Shown here: positions 28,242-37,237 of the stretch, piece by piece | Layout: every line of letters begins with the position of its first letter | Position numbering within the stretch: the stretch's first letter is position 1 | Assembly (NCBI GenBank): GCA_020630195.1 | Contig: JAHDBV010000008.1 | Span: forward strand, 877-64,876 | DNA: 64,000 bases | Direction: 5' to 3' | From: Acidimicrobiales bacterium | Lineage (GTDB): Bacteria; Actinomycetota; Acidimicrobiia; Acidimicrobiales; SZUA-35 | Notes under the pieces: model-generated | What the model was told of the DNA's origin: nothing | Databases searched by the model: none | The model's input: the letters and a program-made list of their open reading frames with translations, nothing else | Position numbers and translations under genes: made by a program

Positions 28242-29501
28242 ATGACGCAGCTCGACTGGCACCAGGACGCCCCCGGTCTCGACGATCTCGTGATGCTCGA
28301 CCGGGACCCGGCCGACGACGAGATCGATCAGGTCGCCGTTCGGGGCTACCGACTCGGTCGAGTGCGGTCGGAGATGGAGCGCTACGGCGTCGACGCCTGC
28401 CTCCTGTTCGACTCGGTGAACATGCGCTACGCCACCGGCACCCGGAACATGCAGGTCTTCTCGTCCCGCAACCCGGCCCGCTACCTGTTCGTGCCCCTCG
28501 ACGGGCCCGTCGTGCTGTTCGAGTTCACCGGATGCGAGCACCTGTCGGCCGATCTCGAGACGATCGACGAGATCCGCCCGGCCACCACGGCGAGCTTCGT
28601 CGCCGCCGGCGATGCCATCGCCGGGAGAGAGCGACTGTGGGCACGGGAGATCGCGGAACTGATCCGGACCCACTGCGGGCCGACGGCGACCGTCGGCATC
28701 GAACGGGTGAATGCCGGGGCGGCGATGGCCCTCGCCGGGGAGGGCTTCACGATCGTCGACGCCCAGCAGCCCGTCGAGCGGGCCCGGGCCATCAAGTCGG
28801 ACGAGGAACTGAAGTGTGTGCGCTCGTCGCTGCGAGCCACCGAGATCGCCGTCGGCCGACTCCGCGACGCCATCCGGCCGGGCCTCACCGAACAGCAGCT
28901 CTGGAGCGTGCTCCATCAGGCCGTCATCGCCCAGGGTGGTGACTACGTCGAGACCCGACTGCTCAACTCGGGGGAGCGGACCAACCCCTGGTTCCAGGAG
29001 ACGAGCGGCCGGGTGATCCAGCCGAACGAGCTCATCGCCCTCGACACCGACGTCGTCGGCTGCCACGGCTACTACTCCGACTTCTCCCGGACCTTTCACG
29101 CCGGGCCCGACGAGCCGACCTCGGCGCAGCGCGAGCTCTACCGGCTCGCCCACGAGCAGGTGCACCACAACATGGCGATCATCCGGCCGGGGGTGAGCTT
29201 CAAGGAGTACTCCGACCGGGCGTGGGACATCCCGGCCCGATTCGAGGCCCACCGCTACTACCTGTCGGCCCACGGCACCGGGATGACGGGTGAATACCCG
29301 TACCTCTACCACCACCGGGACTACGAACACGCCGGTTACGACGGGGTGTTCGAGCCGAACATGACGATCTGCGTCGAGAGCTTCATCGGCGCCGACGACG
29401 GCGGTGAGGGGGTGAAGCTCGAGCAGCACTGCCTCGTGACCGAGACCGGGCTCGAGGTGCTCTCGACGTTCCCGTTCGAGGACGCACTGCTCGCTCCCTG
29501 A
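28242..29501 (+). CDS. M24-family metallohydrolase (creatinase / Xaa-Pro dipeptidase / ectoine-hydrolase type)
   Basis: ATG at 28242 in ORF 28224..29501. Has a creatinase-like N-terminal domain and a pita-bread domain with LDTDVVGCHGYYSDFSRTF...HGTGM...ICVESF metal-ligand pattern. Confidence 0.85.
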   Translation: MTQLDWHQDAPGLDDLVMLDRDPADDEIDQVAVRGYRLGRVRSEMERYGVDACLLFDSVNMRYATGTRNMQVFSSRNPARYLFVPLDGPVVLFEFTGCEHLSADLETIDEIRPATTASFVAAGDAIAGRERLWAREIAELIRTHCGPTATVGIERVNAGAAMALAGEGFTIVDAQQPVERARAIKSDEELKCVRSSLRATEIAVGRLRDAIRPGLTEQQLWSVLHQAVIAQGGDYVETRLLNSGERTNPWFQETSGRVIQPNELIALDTDVVGCHGYYSDFSRTFHAGPDEPTSAQRELYRLAHEQVHHNMAIIRPGVSFKEYSDRAWDIPARFEAHRYYLSAHGTGMTGEYPYLYHHRDYEHAGYDGVFEPNMTICVESFIGADDGGEGVKLEQHCLVTETGLEVLSTFPFEDALLAP

Positions 29502-29577
29502 GTCGGATCGGCGGCGGGTGTTGCCAGCGACTGAACGATCGTCCAAGCTTCCGCCCGTGGAGACCACACGCACCCGG

Positions 29578-30597
29578 ATGCAGCGACCACGCGGCTACGA
29601 CCCCGAGCCCTTCGACGTGCCGCCGATCTTCCAGTCGCCGCCGAAGCCGGTGTCGATGCTGCGATGGATCGTCACCAAGTTCATGTGGCCGCAGTCGTTG
29701 CTGTGGATCGGCCTCGCCGCGGCGACCTATCACCTCGTCACGCCCGGCCTCGACCGATTCGCCTCGCTCGGGGTCGACGACGTCGCGATCCTGTGGGCTC
29801 GCAACATCGTCCTCATGCTGCTGACGATCGGCGGCCAGCACTGGTGGCTGCACATCCGCAAGGCGCAGGGCACGCAGTTCAAGTACGAGGGTCGCTGGCT
29901 GGCGAAGGGTCGCAAGAGCTTCACGTTCGACGACCAGACCCGCGACAACATGTTCTGGACGCTCGTGAGCGGTGGCCTCGTGGCGGCGGCCTACGAGGCG
30001 ATCATGTTCCGGCTCTACGCCGGCGGCGCCATCCCGCAGCTCGATGCGCTGTGGGCCATCGGTGCGATGACCTTCGCCGTGTTCTGGATCGAGGGGGTGC
30101 ACTTCTACCTCAACCACCGGCTGTTGCACCTCGACCCGCTCTACGGGTGGTTCCACTCCCTGCACCACCGCAACGTCAACACCGGACCGTGGTCGGGGAT
30201 CTCGATGCACCCGGGCGAGCACCTGCTCTATTTCTCGCTGCCGTTCGTGTTCCTGTTGCTGCCCGGCTCGCCGTTCATCATCACGTTCTGCAGCGTCTAC
30301 CTGATGATCTCGCCCTCACCGTCGCACTCCGGCTTCGACCGGTTCGTGGTCACCGAAGGCACGAACGTGCACGGCGGCGACTACTTCCACAATCTCCATC
30401 ACCGCTACTTCGAGGTGAACTACGGGATGTTGCTCGTGCCGCTCGACAAGTGGTTCGGCACCCTCCACGACGGCAGCCTCGAAGCCCACGAACGGATGAA
30501 GGACCGACGCAGGAGCCGAGCCGAAGGCGAGCCGTGTGATCGGGCGAACTCGGCTGACAGCGCCATGCCCGGGACCACCGACAGGAGCACTCCGTGA
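29578..30597 (+). CDS. membrane fatty-acid hydroxylase / sterol desaturase superfamily di-iron oxygenase
   Basis: Shows hydrophobic segments and three histidine boxes: HFYLNHRLLH, HSLHHRN and HNLHHRYF. The start is ATG at 29578 or GTG at 29518. Confidence 0.8.
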   Translation: MQRPRGYDPEPFDVPPIFQSPPKPVSMLRWIVTKFMWPQSLLWIGLAAATYHLVTPGLDRFASLGVDDVAILWARNIVLMLLTIGGQHWWLHIRKAQGTQFKYEGRWLAKGRKSFTFDDQTRDNMFWTLVSGGLVAAAYEAIMFRLYAGGAIPQLDALWAIGAMTFAVFWIEGVHFYLNHRLLHLDPLYGWFHSLHHRNVNTGPWSGISMHPGEHLLYFSLPFVFLLLPGSPFIITFCSVYLMISPSPSHSGFDRFVVTEGTNVHGGDYFHNLHHRYFEVNYGMLLVPLDKWFGTLHDGSLEAHERMKDRRRSRAEGEPCDRANSADSAMPGTTDRSTP

Positions 30598-31430
30598 AGC
30601 GCATCTATGACTTCGGTCGAGCCCCCGCCACCCGCAACTACACCGTCCGTGACCTCCAGGATCTCAAGGGTTCGGGGACGACCCTCTCGATGAGCAACCC
30701 GGCGAACGCCGCCGAGCTCGAGGTGTGCGTCGAGGCCGGCATCGACCTGCTCGTCGTGTGGGCCGAGCAGCTCGAGGAGTGCCGCCGCATCGCTCCGAGC
30801 CAGTTCATGGGCATCGGCTCGACCTGGAAGGAGTTCGGCACCTCGGACGAGATCCTCGCCCACGCCGTCGATCTCATGGGTCGGGGCGGCGACGTGTACT
30901 ACACGCTCCGCAGCTACGAGGTCATCGAGAAGCTCGCCAACGAGGGGATCCCGGTGCAGAGCCACATCGGTCTGATCCCGACGTTCTCCCACCACGCCGG
31001 GGGCCTGCGTGCCTACGGCCGGACGGCTGCCGAAGCGATGGAGATCTGGCAGACGATCCGTCGACTCGAAGACGCGGGCTGTTTCGCCGTCGAGGTCGAG
31101 TGCATCGCCGAGGAGTTCCTCCCCGCGGTCAACGACAAGACCTCACTCGTCACGTTCTCGCTCGGCTCCGGACGGGGAGGTGACGCCGTGTTCTCGTTCG
31201 TCGCCGACGTGTGCGGCGAGGCGAGCGAGGAGGCCCGCCCGCCGAAGCACGCCCATGCGTTCGGCGACGTCGGTCGCCTCCATCGACAGATCCACACCGA
31301 GCGGGTGGCGGCCATGAGCGAGTTCCACGACGAGACCCGAGCCGGCGCATTCCCGTTCGACGCCTGCAACACCTCGATGCTCGAGGGCGAGCACGAGAAG
31401 TTCCTCGAACTGCTCGACGCCGCCACCTGA
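30594..31430 (+). CDS. divergent PanB-like (ketopantoate hydroxymethyltransferase fold, ICL/PEP-mutase superfamily) protein
   Basis: The GTG at 30594 is preceded by AGGAG and overlaps the upstream stop (GTGA). The C-terminal half aligns by eye with PanB (…PVQSHIGLIPT…GGLRAYGRT…DAGCFAVEVECI…SLGSG…). The N-terminal PanB metal-ligand motifs are not conserved. Confidence 0.8.
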   Translation: MKRIYDFGRAPATRNYTVRDLQDLKGSGTTLSMSNPANAAELEVCVEAGIDLLVVWAEQLEECRRIAPSQFMGIGSTWKEFGTSDEILAHAVDLMGRGGDVYYTLRSYEVIEKLANEGIPVQSHIGLIPTFSHHAGGLRAYGRTAAEAMEIWQTIRRLEDAGCFAVEVECIAEEFLPAVNDKTSLVTFSLGSGRGGDAVFSFVADVCGEASEEARPPKHAHAFGDVGRLHRQIHTERVAAMSEFHDETRAGAFPFDACNTSMLEGEHEKFLELLDAAT

Positions 31431-31472
31431 CGGGGTCGGAGGTGCGCCCGGAGCGAGGAGCGATGGCTCGGG

Positions 31473-32390
31473 TCAGATCACCTCGCCGGTGAAGGAATCG
31501 GTGATCAGGTACTCATAGGGGCGGCGCCGCACCTTCTCCTGCCAGGCCCGTTGGATCTGGAGGAGCTTCTTGATCTTGGGGAAGTCCTTCTGGTTCTTCT
31601 CCCACTTCTCCGCCACGACGGCGGGGTCGATGGGCTCGTCGAGCACCTCGTTGAACGTCTCGATGGCGGGCTGGACCCAGGCCTCGGCGTCGACCCGTCG
31701 GAGGAACACCGCCACCTGGGTGAGCTGATTGTGCACACCCCGATAGGTCTGGAGGATGTCGTTCGTCGCCTTGCCGAGGGCCGGGCGGAGCACGGCGGGG
31801 ACGAGCTGGGCCGAGAGGTCGGCGAGTGGGTCGATCAGCGTGCCATCGGGCTCGAAGCGGGCGGGCGAGGTGACGTCGAGCAGCCACAGCTCCCCGTCGA
31901 CCCGGGCGAAGTTCGGGATCTGGGCGTCGAGCATCACGTCGTCGCCGCCGCAGGCCTGCACGAAGTCCCGCACGGCCACGAGCAGCGGATGCCCGACGGT
32001 CGGGGTGTCGGTGGCGAGGACCGTCTCGGCGAGCTGGCCCTTCGGCACGATCGGCTGCACGACGTAGCCGACGTGCTGCCCGTCCGGGCGCCGGACCCGG
32101 CGGGTCTCGGTCGGGAGCACCCGATGGCCGCGATCGGTGACCCGTCCGATGAGTGTCTCGATGGCGGCGAGCGGCTCGTCGATGCGATGTGCCTCCGCCA
32201 TGGGGATCAGGCGTTTCGCCACGAACCGGGGTTCGTCGGTCGGCCATCCGAGGGCGATGCTCACCTCTCCGAAGCCATACGCGGTCAGCCCGTCGAGGGA
32301 GCGGTTGCGCTGTGCCTCCTGCACCCGGGCTTCGAGCGCGAGGAGCTCCTCGTCGGACACGTCGGGCGGGGTGAACGGATCGGTCGACAT
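31473..32390 (-). CDS. hypothetical protein, possibly protein-kinase-like fold
   Basis: The ATG at 32390 is preceded by GAGGAGG. Shows GFGEVSIALGW...RFVAKRL (resembles a glycine loop plus VAxK) and DAQIPNFARVDGELWLLDV (resembles a catalytic loop plus DFG-like). I recognise no family. Confidence 0.6.
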   Translation of the reverse strand: MSTDPFTPPDVSDEELLALEARVQEAQRNRSLDGLTAYGFGEVSIALGWPTDEPRFVAKRLIPMAEAHRIDEPLAAIETLIGRVTDRGHRVLPTETRRVRRPDGQHVGYVVQPIVPKGQLAETVLATDTPTVGHPLLVAVRDFVQACGGDDVMLDAQIPNFARVDGELWLLDVTSPARFEPDGTLIDPLADLSAQLVPAVLRPALGKATNDILQTYRGVHNQLTQVAVFLRRVDAEAWVQPAIETFNEVLDEPIDPAVVAEKWEKNQKDFPKIKKLLQIQRAWQEKVRRRPYEYLITDSFTGEVI

Positions 32391-32499
32391 CGCAGGGGCC
32401 TCCTCGGTCAGCGAGCATGGTCGCGAGCCCGACCGCCCAGTGGCAAAGCGGAGCGACCACACTTTCGCCGTGGCCGGTGGCGTCCCTACCGTGACGCCC

Positions 32500-33363
32500 A
32501 TGACGACACCGCTCGACGACGAGCAGATCGAGGCGTACTGGCGGGACGGCTACGCCTTCCTCCCCGACGCGGTCAGCCCGGCGCAGCTCGCCGGCCTCCG
32601 TGCCGACATCGCGGCCTGGGAGGAGGAGAGCCGGAGCCACGACGCCGCTTGGGGCGAGACCCTCGCGCAGCGTCCCCGGTTCGACATCGCGCCGGACCAC
32701 AGCGCCGAGACTCCGCGACTGCGGCGGGTGGCATCGCCGGTCGAGGTGTCCGACGTGTACCGCGACGTCATGCGGGACAACCGCGCGCTCGACGCCGTGG
32801 CCCAGCTCATCGGGCCGAACATCGAGTTCAACAACTCGAAGATCAACGCCAAGCAGCCCGGCTCGTCGACGGAGGTGAAGTACCACCAGGACTTCATGTT
32901 CCAGCCTCACACCAATGAGGACCTGATCGCCTGTCTGGTGTTCCTCGACGACGTCACGCTCGAGAACGGTCCCCTCAACGTCGTCCCCGGCACGCATCGG
33001 GCGGAGCTGTGGGATCACTGGCACGACGGGGTCTACACCGGTGCGGTGAGCCCGGAGGTCGAGGCGGCCCACGTCGGGGCGGCCGTGCCGATCCACGGCC
33101 CCGCCGGCTCGGCCTGTCTCATGCACACGCGCTTGCTCCACGGCTCGGCCCCGAACAGCTCGGACCATCCCCGTACTCTGCTGATCCTCGAGTACCGGGC
33201 AGAAGACGCCAAACCGCTCCAGGTCAACCACCTGCCGAGCGTGTTCGACGGCGAGGTCGTGCGTGGCGTGCGGACCAACCGTGTGCGGTGCTCCAGCTAT
33301 GAGATGGAGTACCCCGAAGTGCCCACCGGCGCCTCGTTCTTCTCCCAGCAGGCCAAGGCCTGA
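32500..33363 (+). CDS. phytanoyl-CoA dioxygenase (PhyH) family oxygenase
   Basis: ATG at 32500 in ORF 32137..33363. KYHQDFMF (HxD), ENGPLNVVPGTH, LLHGSAPN (distal His). Confidence 0.85.
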   Translation: MTTPLDDEQIEAYWRDGYAFLPDAVSPAQLAGLRADIAAWEEESRSHDAAWGETLAQRPRFDIAPDHSAETPRLRRVASPVEVSDVYRDVMRDNRALDAVAQLIGPNIEFNNSKINAKQPGSSTEVKYHQDFMFQPHTNEDLIACLVFLDDVTLENGPLNVVPGTHRAELWDHWHDGVYTGAVSPEVEAAHVGAAVPIHGPAGSACLMHTRLLHGSAPNSSDHPRTLLILEYRAEDAKPLQVNHLPSVFDGEVVRGVRTNRVRCSSYEMEYPEVPTGASFFSQQAKA

Positions 33364-33394
33364 CGCTGGTCCGCCCGCATGCCAAGGTGAGCGG

Positions 33395-35035
33395 ATGCTG
33401 ACCGTCTACCCGGCCCGCCGCATCCACACCATGAACCCGTCGTTGCCCGAGGCGACGGCGGTGGTGGTGCGTGACGGCACCATCGTCGAGGTCGGCACGA
33501 TGGACACCATCCGGCCGTGGCTCGATGCGCACCCCCACGAGATCGACACGGCCTTCGCCGACAAGATCCTGTTCCCGGGGTTCATCGACCCGCACCTGCA
33601 CCCCTCGCTCGCCGCGACGTTGCTGCCGATGCACTTCATCACGGCCATGCCGTGGCGACTCCCGGATCGGGACGTGCCCGCCACCCGCGGCCACGAGGCG
33701 TTCCTCGACGAACTCCGGCGACTCGACGCCACCGAGCCCGCCGGCGAGCCCGTGTTCACCTGGGGCTACCACGAGTTGTGGCACGGCCGGATGCATCGCT
33801 CGATGCTCGACGCCATCAGCACCGACCGGCCGATCATCGTGTGGCAGCGGTCGTTCCACGAGATCTTCATGAACGTCGCGGCGATGCGCCACTTCGAGCT
33901 CGACATGACCCGACTCGAGGCGCACCCCCAGGTCGATGTCGCCGCCGGACGGTTCTACGAGAACGGCATGTACGTGGGTGCGGTGGCCATGAGCGGTCAT
34001 CTCAACGACCACGACCGCTTCCGCCACGGGCTCGCCCTCGCCAAGGCGGCGGTCCACCAGGGTGGTCACACCACCATCGGTGACCTCACCGGCTCCCAGT
34101 TCGACACCGACGTCGAATGGGCGGCGCTCGACGAGGTGCTCGGCGGAGACGACACCCCGTTCCGTGTCCAGATGATCCCGGCGGGCGCCCGGACGCTGCG
34201 CAACGAGGACGACCGGAACGACCCGGCGGGCTGGCTCCGACGAACCGCCGAGCGTCGCGGCTCGGACAAGCTCTACTTCCGGAACAACGTGAAGCTCTTC
34301 ACCGACGGTGGCTTCTACGCCCAGCTGATGCGGGTCCGTCCACCCGGGTTCATCGACGGCCACCAGGGCGAGTGGATGATCGCTCCCGAGCAGTTCGAGG
34401 AGCTGGCCCGCGGGTTCTGGAACGCCGGGGCCCAGATCCACGTGCACTGCACCGGCGACATGGGTGTCGAGCTCGCGATCGACGTGCTCGCGAAGCTCCA
34501 GTGGGAGCGGCCCCGGTTCGACCACCGCTTCACGATCGAACACCTCGGTCTGTCGAACCCCGAGCAGATCCGGCGGTTGCGGGAGCTCGGCGGCCAGGCA
34601 TCGGTGAACGTCTACTACGTACATGAACTCGGCGATGCGTACTGGACCCACTCGGTCGGCCACGAGCGGGCCTCCCAGATGGCTCGCGTCGGGACGTGCG
34701 TGCGCGAAGGCGTGACCACGGCGCTGCACTCCGACTTCACCATGGCGCCCGCCCGGCCACTCACGAGTGCATGGGTCGCGGTCAACCGACTCGGAGAACA
34801 CGGCGAGGTGCTCGGCCCCCACGAGCGCATCAGTGTGCACGAGGCGATGCGGACCATCACCTGCGACGCCGCTCGCGTGCTCGGCATGGAGGATCGGATC
34901 GGTTCGATCCGTGCGGGCAAGTCGGCCGACTTCACCGTGCTCGAGGCCGACCCCTACGAGATCGATCCGCTCGAGCTCGCGGACATCCCGATCTGGGGCA
35001 CGGTCTTCGAAGGCACACCCCACCCGCTCGCGTGA
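33395..35035 (+). CDS. metal-dependent amidohydrolase (Amidohydro_3 / YtcJ-like)
   Basis: ATG at 33395 in ORF 33263..35035. Shows GFIDPHLHP (HxH metal motif), ...HVHCTGD..., ...ALHSDF..., ...GSIRAGKSADF. Confidence 0.85.
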   Translation: MLTVYPARRIHTMNPSLPEATAVVVRDGTIVEVGTMDTIRPWLDAHPHEIDTAFADKILFPGFIDPHLHPSLAATLLPMHFITAMPWRLPDRDVPATRGHEAFLDELRRLDATEPAGEPVFTWGYHELWHGRMHRSMLDAISTDRPIIVWQRSFHEIFMNVAAMRHFELDMTRLEAHPQVDVAAGRFYENGMYVGAVAMSGHLNDHDRFRHGLALAKAAVHQGGHTTIGDLTGSQFDTDVEWAALDEVLGGDDTPFRVQMIPAGARTLRNEDDRNDPAGWLRRTAERRGSDKLYFRNNVKLFTDGGFYAQLMRVRPPGFIDGHQGEWMIAPEQFEELARGFWNAGAQIHVHCTGDMGVELAIDVLAKLQWERPRFDHRFTIEHLGLSNPEQIRRLRELGGQASVNVYYVHELGDAYWTHSVGHERASQMARVGTCVREGVTTALHSDFTMAPARPLTSAWVAVNRLGEHGEVLGPHERISVHEAMRTITCDAARVLGMEDRIGSIRAGKSADFTVLEADPYEIDPLELADIPIWGTVFEGTPHPLA

Positions 35036-36012
35036 CCCCGCCCATCCCGCTCACCCTGATCGGGGGCTACCTCGGGGCCGGCAAGACGACGCTCGTCAAC
35101 AGCCTGCTCGCCGGTGGCCACGGCCTCCGGCTCGCGGTGCTCGTGAACGACTTCGGCGAGGTCGACATCGACGGGCGACTCGTCGTCGCCCACGACGGTG
35201 AGACCTACACGCTCGCCAACGGCTGCATCTGCTGCAGCTTCGGTGACGACCTGGGCGAGACGCTGCGGGGCATCGCCCGGGCCGACGATCCGCCCGATGC
35301 GGTGATCGTCGAGGCCAGTGGTGTCGCGGACGCCCGCCGACTGGCCGCGTCGACGGGGGAGTGGTTCGGCTTCGAGCACCACGCCACCCTCGTGCTCGCC
35401 GATGCCGAGACGGTGCGGGCCCGGTCCGAGGACCCCTACGTCGCCGATCTCGTACGGAGCCAGCTCGCCGGCGCCGATCTCGTCGTGCTCAACAAGGTCG
35501 ATCTCGTGGCCGAGTCGGACGTCGACGAGCTGCTCGCCTGGTGCCGCTCCATCGGGGTCGACGGACCGATCCTGCCGACGACGAACGGCCGTGTCCCGAT
35601 CGAGGTCCTCACGTCGGTGCCGGCCGGGCGGTCGCCGGTCGATCGGGTCCACGACGACCACCACGTCCCGTTCTCGTCCGTCGTGGTGCGCCCCACCGGC
35701 CCGTGGCGTCGAACGCAGCTCGAGGCCGCGCTCGCCTCGTTGCCACCGGAGGTCGTCCGGGTGAAGGGATTCGTCGATCTCGACGACGACGGCGTCGGCC
35801 GACGGGTCGTGGTGCAGCTCGCCAGCCGCCGCACCCGGATCACCGACGCACCCGACCGGTCGGCGGCCGGGGGCGATGCGGACGACGAGCCCGTCCTCGT
35901 CGTGATCGCCGTTGGTGACCTCGATCCAGCGGCGCTCGCCGCGGCGCTTCCGGACTCGACGATCGCTCGACGCCCCGGTCGTCCCGACTCGTTCCTGTCC
36001 GCGGAGGTCTGA
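35032..36012 (+). CDS. COG0523 / CobW-family G3E P-loop GTPase (metallochaperone family)
   Basis: GTG at 35032 overlaps the amidohydrolase stop (GTGA). Carries the Walker A motif GGYLGAGKTTLVN, the GCICCS metal-binding CxCC motif, LNKVDL, and a His-containing linker (VHDDHHV). Confidence 0.85.
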   Translation: MTPPIPLTLIGGYLGAGKTTLVNSLLAGGHGLRLAVLVNDFGEVDIDGRLVVAHDGETYTLANGCICCSFGDDLGETLRGIARADDPPDAVIVEASGVADARRLAASTGEWFGFEHHATLVLADAETVRARSEDPYVADLVRSQLAGADLVVLNKVDLVAESDVDELLAWCRSIGVDGPILPTTNGRVPIEVLTSVPAGRSPVDRVHDDHHVPFSSVVVRPTGPWRRTQLEAALASLPPEVVRVKGFVDLDDDGVGRRVVVQLASRRTRITDAPDRSAAGGDADDEPVLVVIAVGDLDPAALAAALPDSTIARRPGRPDSFLSAEV

Positions 36013-36018
36013 ACCACC

Positions 36019-37227
36019 TCAGTCCGCGAGCGCGACCACGCCGTTCGCGACGAGGGAGTCGATCTCGTCGCCGCCGAACCCCGCATCGGTCAGAATCGCC
36101 CTCGTGTCGGTCCCGACGGAGGGCGCGAGACCATCGGGGCCCGGCATCGTGCCGTTGAGGCGGACGCCGACGCCGGGGAGTCGGCGCGTGCGATCGGGTG
36201 CTTCGGGGCTCGGGTCGGGCACGTGGTGCAGGAGGCCGCGTGCGATCGGGTGCCCCTCGTCGACGACTTCGGTCAACGACCGGACGCGGCCGGACGGGAT
36301 GCCTTCGGCGTTCAGGAGCGTCTCCCACTCCGCGGCGGAGCGGGTGGCGAATCGTTCCGCGATCCGAACGCGCGCCGTCGCGACCTCATCGGGGTCGGCG
36401 CCGGGTAGCCCGATCGTCGGCTCGGCGGCGAGGTCGTGCAGCTCGAGGAGTTCGGCGAGGCGGGCGAAGTGTGTGACCTTGTTGGCGGCGACCATGAGCA
36501 GGCCGTCGGAGGTCTCGAACGAGCCCGACGCAGCGGCGCCACTGAATGCGTTGTTCCCGGTGCGGGGAGGGTTCCCACCACCGTTGGCGGCCCGGACGAG
36601 CCCACTCGCGTTCAGGAAGAGGCCGAGGTCGAGCATGGCGGCGTCGACGTCGACGCCTTCACCCGTCCGGTCCCGTTCGAGGAGTGCGGCGAGGATGCCG
36701 AAGGCGAGGAGCAGCCCCGTGCCGTAGTCGAGGAACGGTGCGCCGACCTTCGTCGGCGGCGACCCCTCGAACCCCGTCGCGGGCATGATGCCGCTCATCG
36801 CCTGGACGACGTGGTCGAACGCCGGGCGTCCGGCGTAGGGGCCCTCCTCGCCATAGGCCGACAACGACGCGTAGACGATCGCCGGGCTCCGGCGACGCAC
36901 GGCCTCGATACCGAGTCCCATCGCCTCGGCCGTGCCCGGAGCGAAGCCCTGCACGAACACGTCCGCGGTCTCGGTGAGCCGGAGCACCACCTCGGCGGCG
37001 CCCGGCGCACGCATGTCGATCGCGAGTGAGCGCTTCCCGGCGTTCTGTGTGGAGAAGCCGACCGGGGTGTTCACCCTCCGGAGCCACTCGCCTCCGATCG
37101 GCTCCACCTTGACGACCTCGGCACCGAGCAGTCCACAGAGGTAGGTGGCCGTCGGTGTGGCGAGCACCTGCCCGAGGTCGATGATGCGCCGTCCGGCGAG
37201 CGGCTGGGCGACCGGGGTGTCCTGCAT
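36019..37227 (-). CDS. family III CoA-transferase (CaiB/BaiF type)
   Basis: ATG at 37227 in ORF 36019..37272. Shows LAGRRIIDLGQVLATPTATYLCGLLGAEVVKVE...NAGKRS..IDM. Confidence 0.85.
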   Translation of the reverse strand: MQDTPVAQPLAGRRIIDLGQVLATPTATYLCGLLGAEVVKVEPIGGEWLRRVNTPVGFSTQNAGKRSLAIDMRAPGAAEVVLRLTETADVFVQGFAPGTAEAMGLGIEAVRRRSPAIVYASLSAYGEEGPYAGRPAFDHVVQAMSGIMPATGFEGSPPTKVGAPFLDYGTGLLLAFGILAALLERDRTGEGVDVDAAMLDLGLFLNASGLVRAANGGGNPPRTGNNAFSGAAASGSFETSDGLLMVAANKVTHFARLAELLELHDLAAEPTIGLPGADPDEVATARVRIAERFATRSAAEWETLLNAEGIPSGRVRSLTEVVDEGHPIARGLLHHVPDPSPEAPDRTRRLPGVGVRLNGTMPGPDGLAPSVGTDTRAILTDAGFGGDEIDSLVANGVVALAD

Positions 37228-37237
37228 GGCGCGGAAC

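Noticed and set aside
31513-35023. ORFs 31513..33231 (-, 572 aa), 31551..32918 (+, 455 aa) and 33224..35023 (-, 599 aa)
   Set aside because: They overlap the kinase-like, PhyH and amidohydrolase genes in wrong frames or on the wrong strand. They are compositionally aberrant, while the accepted genes have RBS-like sequences and recognisable metal-binding motifs.
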